Assembly (NCBI GenBank): GCA_900551295.1
Contig: URVJ01000012.1
Span: 1,861-65,860 of the forward strand
Source: an uncultured Eubacteriales bacterium
GTDB taxonomy: Bacteria; Bacillota; Clostridia; Oscillospirales; CAG-382
DNA: 64,000 nt
Direction: 5' to 3'
Part shown: in pieces, positions 1-10,324 of the stretch
Numbering within the stretch: position 1 is the stretch's first letter
How the letters are laid out: every line of letters begins with the position of its first letter
The notes under the pieces: generated by a model
Seen by the model: the letters and a program-made list of their open reading frames with translations, nothing else
Database searches by the model: none
What the model was told of the DNA's origin: nothing
Translations under genes and position numbers: made by a program

Positions 1-1077
1 CTCGCCGCAAAGACTCTCGATAAAGCCGCAGCAGCAACAGGCATTAACTTTATCGGCGGTTTCTCGGCTCTCGTTCAGAAAGGCATGACTAATAAGGAAC
101 TCGCTTTCTTTGAGGCAGTTCCCGAAGCTATCGCTTCAACCGAAAGAGTGTGCTCAAGCGTAAACGTCGGCTCGACGCGCGCAGGTATTGACATGGACGC
201 AATCAATAAGTGCGGTCATATCGTAAAAGAGCTTGCAAGACTTACCAAGGACGACTGCTCTATCGGCTGCGCTAAATTCGTCGTGTTTACCAATGTCCCC
301 GAAGATAACCCGTTCATGGCAGGCGCGTTTCACGGCGTGGGAGAACCCGAATGTGAGATCAACGTCGGCGTTTCGGGTCCCGGCGTTGTAAGACACGCTA
401 TCGAAAGCGCAGGCAGCTGCTCTCTTACAGAGCTTGCCGAAATCATAAAGAAAACCGCGTTCAAGGTCACAAGAATGGGTCAGCTCGTTGCGGTTGAGGC
501 TTCAAAAAGACTCGGCGTGCCTTTCGGTATCGTCGATCTGTCGCTCGCTCCGACTCCGGCTATCGGCGACTCGGTTGCACGTATACTCGAGGCTATGGGA
601 CTTGAGAAGTGCGGCACTCACGGAACTACGGCTGCTTTAGCTATGCTCAACGACGCAGTTAAAAAGGGCGGCAGCATGGCGTCCAGCAGAGTCGGCGGTC
701 TTTCGGGTGCGTTTATTCCCGTTTCCGAGGACGAAGGCATGATCGAGGCTGCAGCCTGCGGTGCGCTTACCATCGAAAAGCTTGAGGCTATGACCTGCGT
801 CTGCTCGGTAGGTCTTGATATGATCGCAATCCCCGGCGATACCCCCGAAGAAACAATTTCGGCTATCATCGCGGACGAATCCGCTATCGGTATGATAAAC
901 TCCAAGACTACCGCCGCAAGACTTATTCCTGCTTACGGCAAAAAAGCCGGCGACAGCGTTGAATTCGGCGGTCTGCTCGGTTATGCCCCAGTTATCCCCG
1001 TGAATACTTATTCGAGCGAAGTGTTCGTAAGACGCGGAGGAAGAATCCCGGCTCCTATTCACAGCCTTAAAAACTGA
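1..1077 (+). CDS. UPF0210 / DUF711 (PFL-like) family protein, 5' end outside window
   Basis: Frame 1 is open from base 1 ([28 protein letters not shown] precedes the first Met at 85). [22 protein letters not shown] and [15 protein letters not shown] resemble UPF0210 proteins. Confidence 0.8.
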   Translation, partial: LAAKTLDKAAAATGINFIGGFSALVQKGMTNKELAFFEAVPEAIASTERVCSSVNVGSTRAGIDMDAINKCGHIVKELARLTKDDCSIGCAKFVVFTNVPEDNPFMAGAFHGVGEPECEINVGVSGPGVVRHAIESAGSCSLTELAEIIKKTAFKVTRMGQLVAVEASKRLGVPFGIVDLSLAPTPAIGDSVARILEAMGLEKCGTHGTTAALAMLNDAVKKGGSMASSRVGGLSGAFIPVSEDEGMIEAAACGALTIEKLEAMTCVCSVGLDMIAIPGDTPEETISAIIADESAIGMINSKTTAARLIPAYGKKAGDSVEFGGLLGYAPVIPVNTYSSEVFVRRGGRIPAPIHSLKN

Positions 1078-1145
1078 TTTTCTTTTGAATTTACATTGTT
1101 TTTCATCATTATGCGATATTTTGTCGTAAAAAGCGAAAATATGTA

Positions 1146-1174
1146 TTGAAATTTGCGTATATATGTGTTATAAT
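1146..1174 (+). promoter_or_regulatory. sigma-A-like promoter (TTGAAA-17 nt-TATAAT with TGt extended -10)
   Basis: TTGAAA at 1146-1151, a 17-nt spacer, then TGTTATAAT ending at 1174. Read directly from the sequence. Confidence 0.5.
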
Positions 1175-1231
1175 AGTCTGTGTGTGCGGTGTTTACTGTT
1201 TTTGACACTCGCATCACAGACTGTTTTTTTC
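1175..1231 (+). terminator. intrinsic terminator-like hairpin (UPF0210 gene terminator and/or leader attenuator)
   Basis: AGTCTGTGTGTGCG (1175-1188) pairs with CGCATCACAGACT (1210-1222) with one bulge, followed by G and a T7 run at 1224-1230. Confidence 0.65.
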
Positions 1232-1260
1232 ATATTATAGTATACAGGAGGTGAAAAATA

Positions 1261-1926
1261 TTGGAAATGACAAACAAGGCTCTTTACGACACATCTCATA
1301 CGATCGCGGCAGAGCTTATCGGTGCGCACGAATATCCGTGGCAGGTGCTTCCCGAAATAAAGGAATTCATCATACGTCTCGGAAACACGCTTAATTCCGA
1401 AAAGTTCGAGAAACGCGGCGAGGACATCTGGGTTGCCAAAAGCGCAAAGGTCTTCCCGTCGGCTTATATTGCAGGTCCCTGCATTATCGACGAGAACGCA
1501 GAGGTGCGCCACTGTGCTTTTATCCGCGGCAGCGCTATCGTAGGCAAGAACTGCGTTGTGGGCAACTCCACCGAGCTTAAAAACGTTATCCTCTTCGACA
1601 ACGTTCAGGTTCCGCATTACAATTACGTAGGCGACAGCATTCTGGGATTCAAGTCACATCTCGGTGCGGGCGCAATTACGTCAAACGTAAAAAGCGACAA
1701 GACTCTCGTTACTGTAAACTATAACGGCGAAAGAGTCGAAACGGGACTTAAAAAGTTCGGAGCAATGGTCGGCGACATGACGGAAGTCGGCTGCAACAGC
1801 GTGCTTTGCCCGGGTACTGTTCTCGGCAAAAACTGCACGGTCTATCCCCTTTCGAGAGTGCGCGGATTTATTCCGGAGTCTCACATATTCAAGGGTGCTG
1901 AAAAGGGCATCGTGAAAAAGATCTGA
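1261..1926 (+). CDS. left-handed beta-helix (hexapeptide-repeat) acyltransferase, GlmU C-terminal-domain-like
   Basis: GGAGGTG lies 7 nt upstream of TTG 1261 (alternative ATG at 1267). Hexapeptide repeats run through IIDENAEVRHCAFIRGSAIVGKNCVVGNSTELKNVILFDNVQV. Confidence 0.75.
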   Translation: MEMTNKALYDTSHTIAAELIGAHEYPWQVLPEIKEFIIRLGNTLNSEKFEKRGEDIWVAKSAKVFPSAYIAGPCIIDENAEVRHCAFIRGSAIVGKNCVVGNSTELKNVILFDNVQVPHYNYVGDSILGFKSHLGAGAITSNVKSDKTLVTVNYNGERVETGLKKFGAMVGDMTEVGCNSVLCPGTVLGKNCTVYPLSRVRGFIPESHIFKGAEKGIVKKI

Positions 1927-2025
1927 CGTTAAATCAAAACGACATCTGTATCATTTTTGCGGCTCTTTTCGGGAACCCGCAAACTATCAAACAAAAGGCA
2001 GCGGATCATATTCCGTTTTATGCTT

Positions 2026-2200
2026 TAGCGCCCGACCGCCGAAAAACAGTTCACGGCGGCGACGAGGAACAGGGTTATCGAATATTCGGCGGATGCCCTG
2101 ACGGCAGTGCGGTTACTGTCGGAAATTTCTGTTTCAAAAATCCGTATGACACTTCAAAAAAAGTGTTTTCGGCGCAACAAAGGCAGAAATACTTAACGGA
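2026..2200 (+). ncRNA. glmS ribozyme: glmS glucosamine-6-phosphate-activated ribozyme
   Basis: AGCGCC...GACGAGGAACAGGGTTATCGAATATTCGGCGGATGCCCTGACGGC...AACAAAGGCAGAAAT matches the conserved Bacillus glmS ribozyme core. It sits directly 5' of glmS. Confidence 0.9.
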
Positions 2201-2270
2201 AAAATACAAATAAAGCTCGCTTGCTGTCATGTTCCCGAAACGGCAGTGCAGCAAACGGAGTAATATATTT

Positions 2271-4112
2271 ATGTGCGGAATTATCGGTTTTACCGGGAAA
2301 ACAAACGCTGTTCCCCTTCTTCTTGACGGTCTTTCGGCTCTCGAATACAGGGGATACGACTCTGCCGGAATTGCTGTTTTCGGCAAAAACGGAGATCTTG
2401 AGGTCTACAAGTCAAAAGGACGTCTTGCGGTTGTCGCTGAAAAGATCGCGTCGCTGCCCGAACCTCTCGTATCTAACTGCGGAATAGGTCACACACGCTG
2501 GGCAACTCACGGCGAGCCGTCGGACATCAACGCCCATCCTCACGGAACGGAAAACGTATACATTGTCCACAACGGCATTATCGAGAACTATGCCGAAATC
2601 AAAAAGACGCTCACCGAAAATGGCTACAGTTTTGTTTCGGAGACTGACACGGAAGTTGCGGCAAAGCTGCTTGACATGAACTATCTCGAAACACGCGATC
2701 CGTTAAAGGCACTTAAAAAGACTATTTCAGAGCTTCGCGGCTCTTACGCACTCGGCGCTATTTTCAAGGATTATCCCGGCGAAATATACGCGTCGCGCAA
2801 GGACAGTCCGCTTATTCTTGCAGTATCGGACGACGGAAACTACATTGCCTCCGACATTCCGGCTGTTCTCAAGCACACAAGAAAATACTATCACATATTT
2901 GAGGGCGAAATTGCCAAGGTCACACCCAACAGCATTACAATATACGATGCAGACATGAAAGTATGCGACCGCGCTCTCGAAGAGGCAAAGTGGGATCTCG
3001 AAGCTGCCGAAAAGAGCGGTTATCCCCACTTTATGATAAAGGAAATCAACGAAGAACCCGATGCTATCGTAAAAACGCTGCGTCCGAGAATCAAGGACGG
3101 CATGCCTGACTTCGGCATCGACGCGCTGACCGACGAAAGACTTTCAAAGTTCACAAGAATTCACGTTCTTGCCTGCGGCACGGCTATGCACGCAGGTCTT
3201 GTCGGAAAATTTGCAGCCGAAAGCCTTGCAAGAGTTCCGGTTGACGTTGAGATTGCGTCGGAATTCAGATACAAGAACCCGATTTTACAGTCCACAGACC
3301 TTGCAATAATAATTTCACAGTCCGGCGAGACTGCCGACACGCTTGCGGCTCTCAGACTCTGCAAAGAACACGGCGTATTCACGCTCGGAATTGTAAACGT
3401 TGCAGGTTCTACCATTGCACGCGAAGCGGACGCCGTTATGTACACATGGGCAGGCCCCGAAATCGCCGTTGCCAGCACAAAGGCATACACGGTACAGATC
3501 TCGCTTATGTATCTCTTCGCTCTGCGCCTTGCATATGCAAACGGTCATCTCACCGAGGCACAGACAAAGGCTTATGTAGACGAACTTCTTAACAAGTCTC
3601 CCGAAGCCGTAAAACAGGCTATCAAGCTTGACGGCAAGTGCAAGGAGATTGCAGACAAGATCAAGAACGCGTCCGACGTATTCTATATCGGCAGAGGACT
3701 TGACTATGCGCTCTCGATGGAGGCATCGTTAAAGCTCAAGGAAATATCCTACATTCACTGCGAGGCTTACGCCGCAGGAGAACTCAAGCACGGCACGATA
3801 TCGCTTATCACGGACGGTGTTCCGGTATTTGCGCTTGCAAACTCCGACGCTCTGTTTGAAAAGATGGTAAGCAACATCAAGGAAGTCCGTGCAAGAGGAG
3901 CTGAGGTCTTTATGATCTGCCGTGAAAAGGACAAAGACAAGATACCCGAAGGCGTTGCGGACGACGTAATACTCGTTCCCGAACTTTCAGAGGTATTTAT
4001 GGCAATGCCGGTTGCGACCGCGGTTCAGCTTATCGCTTACCACACGTCGGTTCTTCTCGGCTGTGACGTTGACAAACCCAGAAACCTTGCAAAATCAGTT
4101 ACGGTTGAGTAA
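2271..4112 (+). CDS. glmS: glutamine--fructose-6-phosphate aminotransferase (isomerizing)
   Basis: Starts MCGIIGFTGK, with the catalytic Cys2 after Met. Two SIS domains are present and the C-terminus is ...KSVTVE. The ORF-track start at 2229 would overlap the ribozyme region. Confidence 0.97.
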   Translation: MCGIIGFTGKTNAVPLLLDGLSALEYRGYDSAGIAVFGKNGDLEVYKSKGRLAVVAEKIASLPEPLVSNCGIGHTRWATHGEPSDINAHPHGTENVYIVHNGIIENYAEIKKTLTENGYSFVSETDTEVAAKLLDMNYLETRDPLKALKKTISELRGSYALGAIFKDYPGEIYASRKDSPLILAVSDDGNYIASDIPAVLKHTRKYYHIFEGEIAKVTPNSITIYDADMKVCDRALEEAKWDLEAAEKSGYPHFMIKEINEEPDAIVKTLRPRIKDGMPDFGIDALTDERLSKFTRIHVLACGTAMHAGLVGKFAAESLARVPVDVEIASEFRYKNPILQSTDLAIIISQSGETADTLAALRLCKEHGVFTLGIVNVAGSTIAREADAVMYTWAGPEIAVASTKAYTVQISLMYLFALRLAYANGHLTEAQTKAYVDELLNKSPEAVKQAIKLDGKCKEIADKIKNASDVFYIGRGLDYALSMEASLKLKEISYIHCEAYAAGELKHGTISLITDGVPVFALANSDALFEKMVSNIKEVRARGAEVFMICREKDKDKIPEGVADDVILVPELSEVFMAMPVATAVQLIAYHTSVLLGCDVDKPRNLAKSVTVE

Positions 4113-4137
4113 TAGCTCTGATAAAGAACAAACTTCA

Positions 4138-4162
4138 GGCAGTCCGAAAGGACTGCCTTTTC
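4138..4162 (+). terminator. rho-independent terminator of glmS
   Basis: GGCAGTCC-GAAA-GGACTGCC followed by TTTTC. Confidence 0.85.
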
Positions 4163-4254
4163 ATATAAAAAAAGCACCGGCCAATTCGTTTCTTAAATGG
4201 TCAGTGCGATTTTAATTTATACGTATTTTTAAGTTTACACGAAAAAGCGCTGCG

Positions 4255-5625
4255 TTACATGGAAATCCAGCCGAAAGCGTTTGCTATTGAGCTGATGAGG
4301 ATAATTGCCGCGAAGAACGGGCACAAGAAACGTATCATGGCGTTGAAAATCTTTCTTCTGCGGAAAGCACAGCCGTTAAGAGTAACCTCCTCCGCAATGC
4401 GGTCTGTGCCGATCACACGGGAAACAAATATGCAGCTTGCAATAGCCGCAATGGGCATCATTACGGAGTTTGTCAGAAAATCAAAGAAGTCAAGGAACTG
4501 CATACCAAGAACGGTGACATTTGCCAAAGGCCCGTAGCCAAGGCTTGACAGACTTCCGAGTGCAACCATGGATATACCGATAACGACAGTAGACTTGTTT
4601 CGGCTCCAGTGTAATTCATCCTGCAATGTGGAAACGGCACTTTCGGTGAGCGCAATCGAGCTTGTCACTGCAGCAAACAGCACAAGCAAGAAGAACGCAA
4701 TGCCTATCACCGTGCCGAATCCCATTGAGTCGAATACTTTGGGAATGGTTATGAACATCAGCGAAGGGCCTGCTTTCAAAGCTTCGGGGTCGCCGCCCGA
4801 AAACGCAAACACCGCAGGAATAATCATAAGACCTGCCATAATTGCAATGGCAGTGTCAAAGATTTCGACGTTGCGTGTGGAATCCTCTATTGAAACATCT
4901 TTTTTCATATATGAGCCGAATGTGATGAGAATACCCATGGCAATGGACAGTGAATAGAACATCTGACCCATTGCGGAAACCACCGTCATCCACGAAAAGT
5001 TCTTGGGATTGGGCACAAGAAAGTATTTAACCCCCGCCATGGCTCCGGGACGGGTTACGGAGTAAATTCCGATTATCAGCGACAGCACTACCAGAATTGG
5101 CATCATAACCTTTGAAACACGTTCTATGCCGTTCTCAACGCCTGCAAAGATGACTGCAAGCGTCATCGCCGCAAAAATAAGAAAACAAAGTTCAGAGGAA
5201 AATCCGTCGGAAATAAATGCGGAAAAATATCCGTCCGCAGCGACTGCATGTCCTTTCCCAAACAGGTATTCGGCAAGATATTTTACGACCCAGCCGCCGA
5301 TTACCGAGTAATACGGTACTATAAGGATAGGAATTACCGCGTTGATCCAGCCGCCGAAACTGAGTGCGGGACGGTTTCCGAATGATTTATATGCTCCGAC
5401 CGGACTTTTTCCCGTCATACGTCCGATAGACGTCTCGGCAACGATCATGGTATATCCGAAAGTCATTGCAAGGATAATGTATATAAGCAGAAAAATTCCG
5501 CCGCCGTATTTTGCGGCAAGATAAGGAAAGCGCCAGATATTGCCAAGACCTACGGACGCGCCCGCAGCGGCAAGGACAAAGCCTATTTTACCGGAAAAAG
5601 AACCTCGCTTATGCTCGTGATTCAT
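4255..5625 (-). CDS. sodium-dependent transporter, neurotransmitter:sodium symporter (SNF/NSS) family
   Basis: GLGNIWRFPYLAAKYGGGIFLLIY signature near the N-terminus. The protein is polytopic and hydrophobic. Confidence 0.9.
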   Translation of the reverse strand: MNHEHKRGSFSGKIGFVLAAAGASVGLGNIWRFPYLAAKYGGGIFLLIYIILAMTFGYTMIVAETSIGRMTGKSPVGAYKSFGNRPALSFGGWINAVIPILIVPYYSVIGGWVVKYLAEYLFGKGHAVAADGYFSAFISDGFSSELCFLIFAAMTLAVIFAGVENGIERVSKVMMPILVVLSLIIGIYSVTRPGAMAGVKYFLVPNPKNFSWMTVVSAMGQMFYSLSIAMGILITFGSYMKKDVSIEDSTRNVEIFDTAIAIMAGLMIIPAVFAFSGGDPEALKAGPSLMFITIPKVFDSMGFGTVIGIAFFLLVLFAAVTSSIALTESAVSTLQDELHWSRNKSTVVIGISMVALGSLSSLGYGPLANVTVLGMQFLDFFDFLTNSVMMPIAAIASCIFVSRVIGTDRIAEEVTLNGCAFRRRKIFNAMIRFLCPFFAAIILISSIANAFGWISM

Positions 5626-5794
5626 GAAAATCTCCTCTCTTTATTCCACATATAGCTGATTTTGTTTATCACAGCAAAAAAAATGCCGCCGAAGCACCAA
5701 ACTTATGGGAATCGTTTTTGCAACGTGCCTATTTATGTTTTGCACCAAGCGGACAGCATTTATTCCGTGATAACTCTTTGAATGTTATGTATTT

Positions 5795-6253
5795 TTACTT
5801 TTGATTCTGCTCTTTAAGAAGATCGCGTATTTCGGTGAGCAGCACTTCTTCGTTTGACGGCTCAGGTGCAGGCTCTTCTTTCTTTTCTTCCTCTTCCTTC
5901 TTTTTACGAAGCGCCATTGCCTTATTACCGGCAGCGGTAAACACCTTAATAAAAATGAACACGGCAAGAGAAACTATGAGAAAATCGACGACGTACTGCA
6001 AAAACAGTCCGTATTTTACGGCAACCTCGGCAATTTCCGGCGTCGTATCCGTTGCCGGCACTGCGGGACTGAGCACCCATTTCTTATCCTCAAAGCTTAT
6101 ACCGCCCGTAAGCATAGACATAAGCGGCATTATTATATCAGATACAAGAGATGATGTAATCTTGCCGAACGCCGTTGCAATAACGACGCCGACTGCCATA
6201 TCCACAACGTTTCCGCGGTTTATGAACTCTTTGAATTCTTTAAAAAATTTCAT
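5795..6253 (-). CDS. mscL: large-conductance mechanosensitive channel
   Basis: MKFFKEFKEFINRGNVVDMAVGVVIATAFGKI is the typical MscL N-terminus. The C-terminal tail is charged. Confidence 0.93.
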   Translation of the reverse strand: MKFFKEFKEFINRGNVVDMAVGVVIATAFGKITSSLVSDIIMPLMSMLTGGISFEDKKWVLSPAVPATDTTPEIAEVAVKYGLFLQYVVDFLIVSLAVFIFIKVFTAAGNKAMALRKKKEEEEKKEEPAPEPSNEEVLLTEIRDLLKEQNQK

Positions 6254-6273
6254 TGCCGTTTCCTCCGGAAAAA

Positions 6274-6837
6274 TTACTTCTGATATATTTCGGGTTTGAG
6301 TATTCCGACGTAAGGAAGATTTCTGTACTCCTCGTTATAATCAAGGCCGTAGCCAACTATAAACTCGTCGGGGATTATAAAGCCTTGATAGTCTATATGT
6401 ATCTCCTTTTCGCGTCTGTCTGGCTTATTGAAAAGCGTGCAGAGCTTTACGCTGTTTGCATGAAGTTCTGTTTTAAGGTGATTGAGCAGCCAATGCAGCG
6501 TATTTCCAGTATCGAGTATATCCTCTATTACAACTACGTTATAGTCGGAAAGGTTACTTCTGTCGGGTTCTGATTTAAGGCGCACAATTCCCGTTGATGT
6601 AGTTCCCGAACCGTAGGAGGAAACCTTGATAAAGTCTGTTTCCGCACGGAGATTGAACTCCTTCATTATATCCGCCATAAACACGACCGAGCCTTTGAGT
6701 ATGCCCATAAGGAGCACCTTTTTATCGGAGTCGCGGAAGTCGTTTTCCATTTCTCTGCATATTCTCTTTACCGCGCCGTGTATTTCCTCCTCGGAAACAA
6801 GCACCTTTGAAATATCGTTGCTGCAATCCATCAACAT
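6274..6837 (-). CDS. hpt: hypoxanthine phosphoribosyltransferase
   Basis: LLMGILKGSVVFMADI and the PRPP-binding loop VVVIEDILDTGNTL. Confidence 0.93.
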   Translation of the reverse strand: MLMDCSNDISKVLVSEEEIHGAVKRICREMENDFRDSDKKVLLMGILKGSVVFMADIMKEFNLRAETDFIKVSSYGSGTTSTGIVRLKSEPDRSNLSDYNVVVIEDILDTGNTLHWLLNHLKTELHANSVKLCTLFNKPDRREKEIHIDYQGFIIPDEFIVGYGLDYNEEYRNLPYVGILKPEIYQK

Positions 6838-6884
6838 TTTTCTTTTCCTCTCGTTTTCTACTTTAATAAATGCTTATTTGCGCA

Positions 6885-7652
6885 CTATTTTGCATCTGTA
6901 CAGTTTTTAAGCTTTTCGTTTCTCTCGCGTTCCGCCTGCGAAAGCCGCAGATACATGGGCAAAAGGCTCTCGGAAGAATAATCGCCGTCGGGTTCGGCAA
7001 TCATTTTTTCATTTGCCGCACGTGCGACACTGTACGCGTTTTGATACACAAGATCGGCTCTCGCCGTGCTTATGTTGAGCCTTTCGGGACGGTTTGTTTC
7101 GCAAAGCAACCTATATGCAAGATATGCTCCGTCGCCGACAAGGACAATATCCGCGCTTTTATACTTTTCGCAAAGCTCCGAATAAAGTTCATCTGCGCTC
7201 AAGGCTCTGTCATCGCAAAGACGAAGCAGATTTCCTTTGCCGTCAGCCATGAAAATCGCGTTATAGAACTGATTTCTTCTCGCGTCCATACACGCGCATA
7301 TCACCGTTCCGTCTTTTTCAAAGCTTACGTTGAGCGCAAGCGCGTAAAGTGCCGAAACAGGAACGCATTTTATATTATCTTTTCCGAACGCAAATCCTTT
7401 TACCGCAGAAACGCCTATACGAACGCCCGTAAACGACCCCGGTCCGTTGCTCACGGCAATTACTCCTACATCGTCTAAGTTCACCGACGCCTCTTTAAGG
7501 CAGAAATCCGCCATAGGCAGAAGACTTTCGCTGTGAGTTGCGGTGCTGTTGACGGTACACTGCGATTTTACGCTGATTTCAGTGCCGTCATTTGTTTCAC
7601 ACAGTGCCGCGCACGCCGTTTTCGCCGTTGTATCCAACGCTAATATATACAC
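6885..7652 (-). CDS. tsaB: tRNA threonylcarbamoyladenosine biosynthesis protein TsaB
   Basis: ILALDTT...AVSNGPGSFTGVRIGVS motif. I prefer the GTG start at 7652 (AGAGGT 9 nt upstream) because it gives the usual M-x-ILALDTS N-terminus. The ORF track extends to 7742. Confidence 0.85.
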   Translation of the reverse strand: MYILALDTTAKTACAALCETNDGTEISVKSQCTVNSTATHSESLLPMADFCLKEASVNLDDVGVIAVSNGPGSFTGVRIGVSAVKGFAFGKDNIKCVPVSALYALALNVSFEKDGTVICACMDARRNQFYNAIFMADGKGNLLRLCDDRALSADELYSELCEKYKSADIVLVGDGAYLAYRLLCETNRPERLNISTARADLVYQNAYSVARAANEKMIAEPDGDYSSESLLPMYLRLSQAERERNEKLKNCTDAK

Positions 7653-7751
7653 TTTTAAATTACCTCTGAACAAAAAATCAATTACGTATCCGGCAAAATA
7701 ATTCGGTGCATTAAAGCTCTTTTGTTTCGACAAAATCCGCATTTAAAAATG

Positions 7752-7793
7752 CAAAAAAAGCGCACAACGGAAATTTAAATCTCATATGTGCGC
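7752..7793 (-). terminator. rho-independent terminator after jag/khpB
   Basis: On the minus strand, GCGCACA, a 20-nt loop, TGTGCGC, then a T7 run. Confidence 0.75.
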
Positions 7794-7806
7794 CTTTAAA
7801 AGCCGA

Positions 7807-8490
7807 TTATTCCTCCGAGGTCTGCTCTTCCTCGTTGCCGTATGCGATTACAACGCGTCTGTCGCCCTGAGAGCCGACGGAGAAAGTATGCACGCCGTCA
7901 ACGTTCTGAAGTTCGGAGTGTATTATTCTGCGTTCATACGGACTCATAGGCTCAAGCGTGAAGTTTCTTCCCGTTGCAAGCACCTTATCCGCCATTCTTC
8001 TTGCAAGAGAACAGAGAGTTTCGGCGCGCTTTGCACGGTAGTTTTCAATGTCCAGCACTACTCTTACATATTCATGTCTGTCGGGATTCTTGGGGAAACG
8101 TCCGACGACGATATTGCAGAGATACTGGAGAGAATCGAGAACGTCGCCGTGTCTGCCGATGAGCATTCCGAGTCCCTTGCCTTCGATATTTATGCAGATG
8201 TCCCTTTCAACGGTGCCGTTATCCGCAATGTTTTCCTCTATTCTTGCAACCTTTGCGGCAGCCTCAGCACCCATATCGGTTATAAGTCTGTTGATATACT
8301 CAAGAACCTTATCCTGTACCGTTTCAACAGCCGTTACCTTTACGGTTGCTTCTCTCGAACCGAGTCCGAGAATACCTTTTTTGCCTTCTTCAAGCACCTC
8401 GTACTTTACTTCCGAAACAAGCTTTCCGAGCTGGCTTGCGCCGAGTGCGACAGCCTCTTCGACTGTCTTTGCGCTTACTGTTACTTCCAT
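7807..8490 (-). CDS. khpB: RNA-binding protein KhpB (Jag; KH + R3H domains)
   Basis: C-terminal R3H motif (ERRIIHSELQN..GVHTFSVG). Located downstream of yidC. AAAGGAG lies 7 nt upstream of ATG 8490. Confidence 0.88.
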   Translation of the reverse strand: MEVTVSAKTVEEAVALGASQLGKLVSEVKYEVLEEGKKGILGLGSREATVKVTAVETVQDKVLEYINRLITDMGAEAAAKVARIEENIADNGTVERDICINIEGKGLGMLIGRHGDVLDSLQYLCNIVVGRFPKNPDRHEYVRVVLDIENYRAKRAETLCSLARRMADKVLATGRNFTLEPMSPYERRIIHSELQNVDGVHTFSVGSQGDRRVVIAYGNEEEQTSEE

Positions 8491-8562
8491 GTTTTTACTC
8501 CTTTCGGCAGACTTCAAGACACATTAACGCTGCCGTTTTTATAAAACTATCGGCTTTAAGCC

Positions 8563-9690
8563 TTAAATTTTTCTTCTTGCCTTGGGAGCTTTGCCGGTGC
8601 TCTTGATATGAGCCTTCATCTTAGGCGTAAGCTCGCCCTTTTGGGTGCTTACTCTGAGTCCGTCGTCCTTTTTCTTTGCTCCCGACTTATCGGTTTCGAC
8701 GGTCTTATCGTAATCGTCTATCTCATATGCCGCCTTAACGGGCTTTTTCGAGGCTTTTCCTTTGAGCGCAAGCTCGGCAGCCTTAATATCCTCCTCCGTT
8801 ACCTGCGGAATGGGATAAAGCTTATAGAGAAGTATCTGCTGTGCCGCGGAGAGAATGTTCTGGAACATCCAGTAAACGGCGATAGCCGACGAAACCGAAA
8901 ACGAGATCCATACCGACATAAGAGGCATTGTCCAGTCCATCATTGCAAGGCTTCTTGCCTGTGCGGGGTCGCTTGCCTGAGGCTGATATGTGAATTTTCT
9001 TATTATCTTTGTGCTGAAGAATGCAAATACAAACGTAAGAACCGGTATGAGAAGATACGGAAGATTCTCACGCGCAAAATTTATGCTCGGAGTTATTGTC
9101 ATATCAATTCCGAAGATATTGAAAGACTTATGCATTGAAAGAATCTTTTCGTAAATACCGTTCCAGTCGGCGCCCATGGCTTCTCCGACTTTTGCGGCAA
9201 TATCAGAGTCACCGACAATAGCGTTTATCGTGGCTATTTCACTGTACTTTGAAACAGTTACGTCCGCAACCGTACCGTATGCCGCGGTAAGCTTTGAAAC
9301 AACGTCAGATCCGAGGTTTGCGATATAGGTGAGCGGCTTTATAATAACGCCGTAAAGCGCAAACAGCACGGGCATCTGTATAAGCAGCGGCAGGCAGCCG
9401 GACATCGGATTGATGTTCTCCTCCTGGTAGAGCTGCATGATCTCTTCATTGAGTTTCTGTTGGGTTACCTTATCGTTTCTGCCGGCATACTTCTTGCGTA
9501 TAGCCATTTCCTTAGGTCTCATTCTCGACTGCTTTATCGAGTTTTTCTGCTGCTTTATGCCAAGCGGCAAGAGAAGAACCTTGATTATTACGGCGAACAA
9601 AAAGAGCGTCAGCAAATAATTCTGTCCGAATACATTATAAATGTTGCGGATTATCCAGCCAAACGCCGGTGATAAAATCGGAATATCCAT
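8563..9690 (-). CDS. yidC: membrane protein insertase YidC (clostridial long form)
   Basis: Motifs PKEMAIRKKYAG...INPMSGCLPLLIQMPVLFALY and a basic C-terminal tail. Its start overlaps the yidD stop (TAATG). Confidence 0.93.
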   Translation of the reverse strand: MDIPILSPAFGWIIRNIYNVFGQNYLLTLFLFAVIIKVLLLPLGIKQQKNSIKQSRMRPKEMAIRKKYAGRNDKVTQQKLNEEIMQLYQEENINPMSGCLPLLIQMPVLFALYGVIIKPLTYIANLGSDVVSKLTAAYGTVADVTVSKYSEIATINAIVGDSDIAAKVGEAMGADWNGIYEKILSMHKSFNIFGIDMTITPSINFARENLPYLLIPVLTFVFAFFSTKIIRKFTYQPQASDPAQARSLAMMDWTMPLMSVWISFSVSSAIAVYWMFQNILSAAQQILLYKLYPIPQVTEEDIKAAELALKGKASKKPVKAAYEIDDYDKTVETDKSGAKKKDDGLRVSTQKGELTPKMKAHIKSTGKAPKARRKI

Positions 9691-9950
9691 TACTTTTTCT
9701 CCATACTTTTAGATTTTTTATTTGCAAATCTGATTTTCGGCGGAACTTTGTCTATTCCTCCCCTGCAAAACGGGTTGCACCTAAGCAGTCTCCAAACCGC
9801 AAGCGCCGTTCCGGCAAAAAAGCCGTGAACTCTGTAAGCTTCGAGCGCATACTCCGAGCAGGTCGGATAAAAACGGCAGGTCGGTCTTACTTTCAGCGGA
9901 GAAACAAATTTTCTGTACAGCCGAATCAAAAACATACAAACATATTTCAT
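9690..9950 (-). CDS. yidD: membrane protein insertion efficiency factor YidD
   Basis: [14 protein letters not shown]...[17 protein letters not shown] signature. Confidence 0.93.
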   Translation of the reverse strand: MKYVCMFLIRLYRKFVSPLKVRPTCRFYPTCSEYALEAYRVHGFFAGTALAVWRLLRCNPFCRGGIDKVPPKIRFANKKSKSMEKK

Positions 9951-10324
9951 TTTTCTTTATTTTCAAGCAGTCCGAGTTTTGCAAAAGACGCCGTGAGCTG
10001 TCTCTCTATATCGGTACTCTTAACTTTTTTACCGAATGCCGCGCCTCTTGCGGCAATGACAATTATATATCCTTCCCGAAGTTTCGGCAAAACCGCTCTG
10101 TATCCCTCTCGTATTATCCTCTTTACGCGGCTGCGCTTGCACGCCTTGCCGAGTTTTCGGTTTATCGAAAGTCCGAGCCTGTCCGGAAGTGGTTTTCCCT
10201 CTTTATCTTTACGGTAATTTTTGAGTACGTATACCGCGGTATACTTTCCGGCGTCGCTCTTTCCCTTTCTGTACGCTTTGACATACAGATGATTTTCGCA
10301 CAACGGGTACAATTTTCTGTTCAT
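9947..10324 (-). CDS. rnpA: ribonuclease P protein component
   Basis: Basic 125-aa protein with [23 protein letters not shown]. Sits between rpmH and yidD. Has a 4-nt ATGA overlap with yidD. Confidence 0.92.
   Translation of the reverse strand: MNRKLYPLCENHLYVKAYRKGKSDAGKYTAVYVLKNYRKDKEGKPLPDRLGLSINRKLGKACKRSRVKRIIREGYRAVLPKLREGYIIVIAARGAAFGKKVKSTDIERQLTASFAKLGLLENKEK

Noticed and set aside
2229-2270. Upstream in-frame extensions given by the ORF track for glmS (2229), with the same issue for metK (59613), rpmH (10614), rimO (25430), pgsA (24037) and obg (57882).
   Set aside because: The extensions overlap the glmS ribozyme region, the SAM-riboswitch terminator or neighbouring genes. They also add non-conserved residues in front of canonical N-termini such as [45 protein letters not shown] and MFIDKVKIY.
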